Virus record (IMG/VR): IMGVR_UViG_3300044846_005371
Location: 56,169 to 120,168 of that record
From: a virus
DNA: 64,000 bases
Strand: one strand, 5' to 3'
In this document: piece by piece, positions 57,950 to 64,000 of the stretch
Numbering within the stretch: position 1 is the first letter of the stretch
Layout: each line of letters starts with the position of its first letter
The notes under the pieces: model-generated
What the model saw: the letters and a program-made list of their open reading frames with translations, nothing else
What the model was told of the DNA's origin: nothing
Database searches by the model: none
Translations under genes and position numbers: made by a program

Positions 57950-58512
57950 ATTAGTTTTATACTTCGCACATCAGTTAAGTTCAGAGAAGTTAGCTTAAAT
58001 ACTCTAGATTTATCAACTATATAAAATTCAAATGTCTTTCCATGATACTCTGGATTTTCTACAAAAACTTGAGAGTACTGAAGTATTTGAGCAACTGAAT
58101 CTTCGTATATCGTTATGTGAGATATGCTCTGATGCTTTTTCAATATTTTAGCAACAACTTCCGCTTTTTTTGATTTTCTGCCTAGGAAATAAGAATCATC
58201 AAATTCAATTCCATTAGAAATCAGTATTTCCATTACATTATGTCGAAGCGACTCGACTCTATGCGTTATTAAGACGCTCATAGTAGACTTCTCAGAAATG
58301 CCTTGCTTCAAATCAGATAGCACAGGGTCTATGAATTGAATGTTATGTAAGACCCTATCTAATGAGCACCAATGATCGTAGAAATCATATGGATCATTTA
58401 GCTTCATGTTATCGAAAGTTTCTTCCATGTGAAACTTACTAGTATACGTTGGAATTCTAAGTAAAGTATCGTCCAGGTCGAAGACATTAAGCTTAGTCAT
58501 TTTGTGATCCAT
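57946..58512 (-). CDS. HAD-superfamily phosphatase
   Basis: VFDLDDTL, LITHR, SKK and IYEDS. Confidence 0.8.
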   Translation of the reverse strand: MDHKMTKLNVFDLDDTLLRIPTYTSKFHMEETFDNMKLNDPYDFYDHWCSLDRVLHNIQFIDPVLSDLKQGISEKSTMSVLITHRVESLRHNVMEILISNGIEFDDSYFLGRKSKKAEVVAKILKKHQSISHITIYEDSVAQILQYSQVFVENPEYHGKTFEFYIVDKSRVFKLTSLNLTDVRSIKLI

Positions 58513-58530
58513 AAAAATTATTTTTATGAA

Positions 58531-58556
58531 ATATACGAAAAATTAAGCAAAAGTTT
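58531..58556 (-). promoter_or_regulatory. Putative early/middle promoter AAACTT-N14-GTATAT
   Basis: Recurrent bipartite motif. Confidence 0.5.
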
Positions 58557-58604
58557 TAATTTTCCATCATTTTTTAGTATTTTAGTAATATAAAATTAAG
58601 CATT

Positions 58605-59249
58605 ATGAAAAATTTAGTAGTAGTTTTCTTAGTAGCTTTCACAACCTCACTAAGTGGTCAAAGCTTTCCAGAGTCTCCGTTCATCTATCCAGCATTGTTG
58701 AACACAGAAGATGCTACTGTTCGCTTGTTGAATCGAATCAATCAGTATCGTTCTGAGAATGGGTTGAACCCGCTACCTTTCGATACTGCTATGACTAACG
58801 CTTGCGCATATCACTGCAACTATAAGTCTTTAGATACAGCTAAGGTTTCTTTACATACTGAGTCATATTTAGGTAATGCAAAGAATGTTATGAAACCTAT
58901 ACCTTATTTTGAAACTCGCATGTCTCACTTCAATGTAAAATTAAAAGGCAATCGTCGTAGCGAGATCTGTTGTAAGGGTCCTGGAAACTTTGTGCATAAT
59001 CCTGCATATTCTCAATATGCCATTAAGATGGGAGAAAGCTGTAAAGCTGGAAAATGTGATCCGTCTGCCGTTACTGAGTATGTCTTTCAAATGTGGAAAT
59101 CTTCAAAATCTCATAATGAATCAATGCTTTCCCCAAATGGCCGCATGGCAGGCTGCTATCAGTATGTTTATGAGAAAGATGGTGTTTATTGGGTTATGGC
59201 TGCGTGCTTAATAAATTCTCACAAACCATACGATCCAGGTGAAGAATAA
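58605..59249 (+). CDS. Secreted CAP/SCP-domain protein
   Basis: Signal peptide MKNLVVVFLVAFTTSLSG|Q; INQYRSENGLNPL...MTNAC.YHC; QMWKSS.SH.ESML. Confidence 0.75.
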   Translation: MKNLVVVFLVAFTTSLSGQSFPESPFIYPALLNTEDATVRLLNRINQYRSENGLNPLPFDTAMTNACAYHCNYKSLDTAKVSLHTESYLGNAKNVMKPIPYFETRMSHFNVKLKGNRRSEICCKGPGNFVHNPAYSQYAIKMGESCKAGKCDPSAVTEYVFQMWKSSKSHNESMLSPNGRMAGCYQYVYEKDGVYWVMAACLINSHKPYDPGEE

Positions 59250-59274
59250 AAAAGGGAAGCACTGCTTCCCTTTT
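59250..59274. terminator. Bidirectional rho-independent terminator
   Basis: AAAAGGGAAGC-ACT-GCTTCCCTTTT. Confidence 0.85.
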
Positions 59275-59296
59275 AATTTCGATTATTTTTTAATTA

Positions 59297-60871
59297 TTAA
59301 TCGTATGCTGCACAGTGTTTATCACAAGGTAAAACTCTATCTGGACTCTTACGATTTAAGAAACTTCTAGGAATTCGAGTTGTACTACTACCTCCGTTAC
59401 CACCTTTAGATTTTTCAAAAGCTATGCTAATTTGCCAATTTCCTGAATAATCAACAGATTCAATTTCTTCTCCAGGAGTTGTAGAAGTAGACGAAGTTTC
59501 GTAAGTTACGTCTATCATAATTGTTGAAAATCTAAATGCTGCATACTTAGGTTCATCAACATTTCCTCCTTTTACCCATTTGCTACTTCCAGGATAACTA
59601 GTTTCATCATAATTGTTTGGAGCAAGTTGCTTATCTACTTTTGCAATTGCTTTAAGATCTGGAATCTTAGCAATCGCGGGATTAATTACTTGATTAATTA
59701 ATGAATCTGCTCTTGCTTCAACTAGAGCTTCATTTCCACTCTTTCCTTTATAAGTAAAGGTAGTCGGTATGACGTTAGTTGATGCAACTGCCTTAAATGT
59801 AATTGAAGTAAGTTTTGAAAAACCTTCTGTCTTTTTAATTTCTTCAATTGCCGCTGCGATCTGATTGATCAAAGAATCTGCGTAGCCAGTTACAAACTCT
59901 GCTTTATTGTTTTCAAACATTGCTTTGGCTTGTTCAGGAGTTGCAATACTTTTTGAAACTACCGCAGTTGTTGTAGTTGAAGTAGGTTCACTAAGCTTTT
60001 CAGTATTTGTTGTTTTTTCAACTTTTCCTTTAGGTGATATACGTATATGGTATGCATTTTGAATAGCTTCAGCAGCTGTATCATATTTTGCATCCTTTCT
60101 AGATACATACTTTTCTGCTTTTTCTTCAAGTTTATCAAGCAAGACCGCCTTATCTTCAGCTTTCATTTGAACTGCCCCTCTATAAAAAATAGACTCATCT
60201 TGAGGTGTTCCTAGCGTAGTCATAATCGTGTCAACATTTGCATTTAATGCTTTTGCCCATTCTTGAAATTTTCTAAGTGCTGGACCTGCTTGACCATCAT
60301 CATACTGTCTAGATTTAGTATAATCTAAAAGTTCTTTTCCAAATGCTGGTCTCCAGCCAAGATATAATTTACCTTTAGCAGGATCCTTCGGAGAAGGAAT
60401 AACGTTTACTTTATTACCATTTACTACCCAGCCTTCCTTCTCTAATTCTCTTAGCCTATCTGCAAGTTTTTTTGCATTTTCAGCAGTCTTTTGAAAATCT
60501 ACTCCGTTTGCATAACTTCCCTGTTGGCCAGATGCTTCACCTGCGGCAGCTGCCCATGCATCAGTTGCAGCAGCATCACTAAATTTGTCTAAGTAGACAA
60601 GAACGCTATCAATCGTAGTGCTTCCTTGTCTACTTGAATCACCTGCCCAGTACGCCAACATCTTCTTAATATTGTCTGAAGAAATTTTATCTGATTTTGC
60701 TCCCTTTGGTCCAAATTCCTCAAACCACGCAAAAAGAGGAGTATACGCAGGTTTTGAAGGAACTTCTGTGCCCTCATCTGATTGTTTCGCGTTAGCAATT
60801 AGCGTAGCAATATCATTAGATGCTTGCTCAAATAGCTTTTTAAACGTTGAATAATTTACAAGATAACTCAT
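59297..60871 (-). CDS. Putative head-internal/ejection protein with OmpA-C-like domain
   Basis: Leader NYSTFKKLFEQA; ITFKAVAS...GNEALVEARADSL...RF pattern. ATG at 60871. Confidence 0.55.
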   Translation of the reverse strand: MSYLVNYSTFKKLFEQASNDIATLIANAKQSDEGTEVPSKPAYTPLFAWFEEFGPKGAKSDKISSDNIKKMLAYWAGDSSRQGSTTIDSVLVYLDKFSDAAATDAWAAAAGEASGQQGSYANGVDFQKTAENAKKLADRLRELEKEGWVVNGNKVNVIPSPKDPAKGKLYLGWRPAFGKELLDYTKSRQYDDGQAGPALRKFQEWAKALNANVDTIMTTLGTPQDESIFYRGAVQMKAEDKAVLLDKLEEKAEKYVSRKDAKYDTAAEAIQNAYHIRISPKGKVEKTTNTEKLSEPTSTTTTAVVSKSIATPEQAKAMFENNKAEFVTGYADSLINQIAAAIEEIKKTEGFSKLTSITFKAVASTNVIPTTFTYKGKSGNEALVEARADSLINQVINPAIAKIPDLKAIAKVDKQLAPNNYDETSYPGSSKWVKGGNVDEPKYAAFRFSTIMIDVTYETSSTSTTPGEEIESVDYSGNWQISIAFEKSKGGNGGSSTTRIPRSFLNRKSPDRVLPCDKHCAAYD

Positions 60872-60880
60872 CAATCTATC

Positions 60881-60896
60881 TTTTTTGTTATTTATT
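60881..60896 (-). promoter_or_regulatory. Putative late promoter
   Basis: AATAAATAACAAAAAA. Confidence 0.6.
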
Positions 60897-60927
60897 ATTG
60901 AGACCGCCTGAAATTTTGTCCATTTCT

Positions 60928-60942
60928 AATAAATAAAAAAAA
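60928..60942 (+). promoter_or_regulatory. Putative late promoter
   Basis: AATAAATAAAAAAAA. Confidence 0.6.
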
Positions 60943-60952
60943 CTAAATAAAC

Positions 60953-61519
60953 ATGTCTTTCTATAAAAATGAATCAAAGAGAAACGTGTTATCCTTTTCT
61001 AGCTTTATCTTTGAAGCAGCAATTGAGGATGATCGTATTAAAAATCAATTAGAACGTTTCTATAATTTACAAGAAGAAATTAAAGAAATGAAAGCTCGTC
61101 TTAAGGAAGCTGAAGACGAATTCAAAGGATTTGAGATAACTGTGAAGCCTATGTTAGATTCATTGAAAGAGCTCGATGATAAGATCGGAGAAACTGAGCG
61201 TTTTATCGTTCAGATCAACAGATACGGTCATACTAGAACCGATATTGGTTGGAAGAGCGTTGTTGAATCTGCTATGGAAAAAGTAGATGATGCTGCTCAG
61301 GAGATCTTAAGAGAATGCATGGAGGCCAGTAAAAAGACAGTTGAAGTAAAACATTCATTTGAGATTAAGATGAATGAGTCTAAATTATTAGCTTCTTTAA
61401 AATCAGCAGCTAAGAGAATAATTGATTCTTTTACTAGGTTCTTTACTTCTAGATTGAATAGAATCGATGCCCAAAACAAAAAGCTAGCAACAGTATTAGC
61501 AAAAGTTAAGAAAAAATGA
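60953..61519 (+). CDS. Coiled-coil putative head-internal protein
   Basis: Leader LSFSSFIFEAA; internal MNES site. Confidence 0.65.
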   Translation: MSFYKNESKRNVLSFSSFIFEAAIEDDRIKNQLERFYNLQEEIKEMKARLKEAEDEFKGFEITVKPMLDSLKELDDKIGETERFIVQINRYGHTRTDIGWKSVVESAMEKVDDAAQEILRECMEASKKTVEVKHSFEIKMNESKLLASLKSAAKRIIDSFTRFFTSRLNRIDAQNKKLATVLAKVKKK

Positions 61520-61974
61520 GACTAAAGCTGTTTGAAGAATTTATATCGCCACTAACTTCTCATTCGTGGAATGAGATTAGGGACACTATGCAAAATAGAC
61601 TACCTTTTGCAATAATATGTTTTATGGGAAAGAAGTCATTTTCAAGATGTTCTGATACTTTTTTAAAAGGATACGATATGTGCGAACAGAGTTTTTCAAC
61701 TCAAATTGATGGGAAGGGAATTACTCTACCTTGTTTATTTGTTTTTGATCCAGATCAAAAGGTTGAAAAAATGTTAGATGACATTAAATCAAAATGTAAA
61801 GTTCATCATGTAGTTATAGGAAAGATGAAAGATTCAGAAAACAAATATTATGATAATTCAGGATCTTCATATGATGGCGGATCTGACATCGAAACATCTT
61901 TAGATTCTTCTCAATTTGGAAATGACGATTATTACACCCATGATTCAACTCATTTTAAATTTATTCAAAATTAA
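61516..61974 (+). CDS. Putative head-internal protein
   Basis: Leader MRLKLFEEF. Confidence 0.65.
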   Translation: MRLKLFEEFISPLTSHSWNEIRDTMQNRLPFAIICFMGKKSFSRCSDTFLKGYDMCEQSFSTQIDGKGITLPCLFVFDPDQKVEKMLDDIKSKCKVHHVVIGKMKDSENKYYDNSGSSYDGGSDIETSLDSSQFGNDDYYTHDSTHFKFIQN

Positions 61975-61990
61975 AAATAACAAAATCGCT

Positions 61991-62596
61991 ATGGCTTACA
62001 CAAGAGAGCAAATTGAAAAAGCAGTTACTGCTAAAGGCTACAAATGGTTTTCTGATGATTCTAACAAGGGATTTGATGTTAACATCGTCGGAGTTAGAAA
62101 TTCAGCAACTGGTAAAAATGTAACCAACCTGTTTGATGATACTTTAACTCTATCATTTAAGGAAAATGGAGTTTGGAAATTCTACGAATGGAGAATCACA
62201 ACTGATCCTGGTCGCAAAGCAGTATTGGAGTTCCATAATCCAAATGGAGTAGGTCGCCTTGTCCCAGGACAATATCGTGGAGTATGGAAGATAGATTTAC
62301 ACCAAGGAAAATACAAAGCTCTTTGTCAGAGACTTGGTAATGTTAAGGTGTACCGTGACAAGAACAAGGACATGACCTTTAATGAATCAGTTGTTCAAGA
62401 AGGCATGTTCGGAATCAATATTCACAGATCTAATCCAAAAACTGAGTCAGAATACGTTGAAAACTGGAGCGAAGGCTGTCAAGTATTCAAAAGAGTTAAA
62501 GATTTTAATGAATTTATGGCAATTTGCGAAAAAGCTGCCGCTATTCACGGTAATAAATTCTCTTATACTTTGTTGGAAAGTTCTGAGATTGCATAA
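61991..62596 (+). CDS. L,D-transpeptidase(YkuD)-like peptidase, candidate endolysin
   Basis: GINIH-x13-SEGCQV catalytic-type motif; IVGVRN, TTDPG and GQY. ATG at 61991 preferred. Confidence 0.55.
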   Translation: MAYTREQIEKAVTAKGYKWFSDDSNKGFDVNIVGVRNSATGKNVTNLFDDTLTLSFKENGVWKFYEWRITTDPGRKAVLEFHNPNGVGRLVPGQYRGVWKIDLHQGKYKALCQRLGNVKVYRDKNKDMTFNESVVQEGMFGINIHRSNPKTESEYVENWSEGCQVFKRVKDFNEFMAICEKAAAIHGNKFSYTLLESSEIA

Positions 62597-62621
62597 ACTT
62601 TAGATTAGCTACATAGTATAA
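62595..62621 (+). promoter_or_regulatory. Putative early/middle promoter AAACTT-N15-GTATAA
   Basis: Recurrent bipartite motif before uvsY/uvsW. Confidence 0.5.
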
Positions 62622-62628
62622 GACTGAC

Positions 62629-63066
62629 ATGTCGGAAGAAAGTAGCAAAATCAAGATAGCTGATAAGTTTAAGAAGCGCCGAGACGAAGTTTCAGCCGAA
62701 ATTTACGAAGGTATCGTTAAACTATCTAATCTAAAAACCTTAAAAGATGCCCAAGTTGAGATGCTGTCGTTGAGACAGCGTCTCCTTGAGGACAATCATA
62801 CTCTATTAGAGCACATCTCAACTCTTCGTAAAAAATATCGTGACGAGCGTGGCGAAGAGATGGAAAAACTTTCAAGGAATCTGCAGCTTCGTTACCAAGC
62901 TAATGAAAAAACAGTAGTTATTGATAGAGCCACTTCAACAACTAAAGAATATTTGGAACTATTCGAGAATCAAGTATCATTCTTTAACGAATCAATAAAG
63001 ACAATAGATAATGTAATCTTTGGAATAAAGACTCGACTCGACATAGAAAAAACTCTAGGATTGTAA
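62629..63066 (+). CDS. Helical protein, UvsY-like recombination mediator
   Basis: C-terminal IKTIDNVIFGIKTRLDIEKTLG resembles the UvsY end; abuts the UvsW-like helicase. Confidence 0.5.
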   Translation: MSEESSKIKIADKFKKRRDEVSAEIYEGIVKLSNLKTLKDAQVEMLSLRQRLLEDNHTLLEHISTLRKKYRDERGEEMEKLSRNLQLRYQANEKTVVIDRATSTTKEYLELFENQVSFFNESIKTIDNVIFGIKTRLDIEKTLGL

Positions 63067-64000
63067 TGCTAACCTTCAAGGTCTCTGAAGATAGAAAATG
63101 GATAGAACTTTTAGACTTCTCATTAAATAGCGAAAGAACTTCGCTATTTTCTTTTTTTAAGAAGAAATCTAAACAGGCTGACTTCAATGTGTTAGTCGAT
63201 CGTGGTATTTGGGATGGAAATGATGTCTTTATCACAAAGGAAGGCAAAATTTCAATAGGTCTATGGAAAGAGATCTACAAGTTCAGTGATCATACTGGAT
63301 ATGAAGTTTCTATAGAAGGATTGGATGAGCTTCTTTCAACTTATCCCGATAGAGAAGAGTACGACACTTATGTAAATTCTCTTCTATCTAATGTAGTTGA
63401 TGAACGTGGCTATCCTATAGTTCCTCGTGATTATCAGGCAGAAGGAGCATATCGTGCAATCAAATACAAGTTCTGTACTGAGGAATTAGCAACATCTGCC
63501 GGAAAGACCCTCATCTTTTACATATACAACTCGTACCTTAGGGACACTGGAACCATCACAAGTAAGAAGAAGTCCCTTATGATCGTCCCAAATGTTTCCC
63601 TAGTAGGCCAGACTGCTGAAAAGTTTGAACTGTATTCGGCAAATGCTAAAAAATGGAAAGTACATGTGGTTGGAGGCAAGAACAAATTCAATCAGAAGCA
63701 ATTTGATGAATGTGAGATCTTTATCTCAACATACCAGAGCCTGCAGAACTTTCCAGCTGAATTCTTTAAAGTATTTTCAGTAGTTAACGTTGACGAGACT
63801 CATAAGTCTAGAGGAAATACGATTAAGCAAATTATTGAATCTTGCACAAATTGGGATTACAAGCTAGGATTATCTGGAACTGTTAAGATTGACGAGAAAT
63901 ACTCGGATTTCTATAAGATGCAGGAAAATGTAGGCCCACTTGTTATGGTACTTTCGGCAAAGCACCTTATAGATAATAAGTATTCACCAAATATTAAGAT
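63066..64000 (+). CDS. uvsW: UvsW-like SF2 helicase (3'-truncated by window; absent from the ORF track)
   Basis: Open frame from the ATG at 63066: PRDYQ, ATSAGKT, IVPNVSLVGQ, STYQS, VDETH and GLSGT. Confidence 0.88.
   Translation, partial: MLTFKVSEDRKWIELLDFSLNSERTSLFSFFKKKSKQADFNVLVDRGIWDGNDVFITKEGKISIGLWKEIYKFSDHTGYEVSIEGLDELLSTYPDREEYDTYVNSLLSNVVDERGYPIVPRDYQAEGAYRAIKYKFCTEELATSAGKTLIFYIYNSYLRDTGTITSKKKSLMIVPNVSLVGQTAEKFELYSANAKKWKVHVVGGKNKFNQKQFDECEIFISTYQSLQNFPAEFFKVFSVVNVDETHKSRGNTIKQIIESCTNWDYKLGLSGTVKIDEKYSDFYKMQENVGPLVMVLSAKHLIDNKYSPNIK

Noticed and set aside
52497-58512. Apparent RNA-repair operon (metallophosphoesterase + ligase + kinase + HAD)
   Set aside because: Promoter motifs split it into three units of different temporal class, and ligase motifs III/IV are degenerate. 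Kept only as an alternative for the kinase/HAD pair.
1-64000. Stop-codon reassignment as in some jumbo phages
   Set aside because: Conserved genes are full length in the standard code, and TAG, TGA and TAA all end genes at sensible positions (e.g. TAG at 37760, TGA at 20535).
1-64000. tRNA genes, CRISPR arrays, IS elements, homing endonucleases
   Set aside because: Intergenic gaps are mostly under 100 nt and are explained by promoters and terminators. No cloverleaf, spaced direct repeats or transposase/HNH/GIY-YIG motifs were recognised by eye.

Overview
AT-rich, almost fully coding segment of a large T4-like (myovirus, probably jumbo) bacteriophage genome, read in the standard genetic code. 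Morphogenesis genes are interleaved with DNA metabolism genes in alternating-strand blocks. Morphogenesis: collagen/LVIVD tail fibre, gp14/gp15/gp3-like neck and tail completion, gp18 sheath, gp19 tube, gp23 capsid, gp21 protease fused to a scaffold, gp5/gp27/gp53-like baseplate. DNA metabolism: dUTPase, the N-terminal half of a split family-B polymerase, UvsX, gp41 helicase, gp47/gp46, a thymidylate-synthase-family enzyme, dCMP deaminase, Fpg/Nei, DinG, topoisomerase II subunits, UvsY/UvsW. Two promoter classes can be read from the short intergenic spacers: a T4-late-like RATAAATA+A-run box and an AAACYW-N14/15-RTAWAW motif. Four bidirectional terminators separate convergent blocks. Main leads: (1) the TS-family enzyme has the Cys...Asp(+31) signature of dCMP hydroxymethylases, suggesting a modified-cytosine genome; (2) about a dozen late proteins share a T4 capsid-targeting-like leader ending in a protease site, and this putative injected cargo includes an Acb1-like 2H phosphoesterase, a retropepsin-like protease and an OmpA-like protein; (3) a late 866-aa protein fuses degenerate ligase, nucleotidyltransferase and pre-toxin-like domains; (4) a SET-domain methyltransferase lies in an operon with Lys-rich head proteins, one carrying an ARKS motif. 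A Bacteroidota host is inferred. All family calls are from motif recognition by eye; no database searches were run. No tRNA, rRNA, CRISPR array, integrase or transposon was seen.
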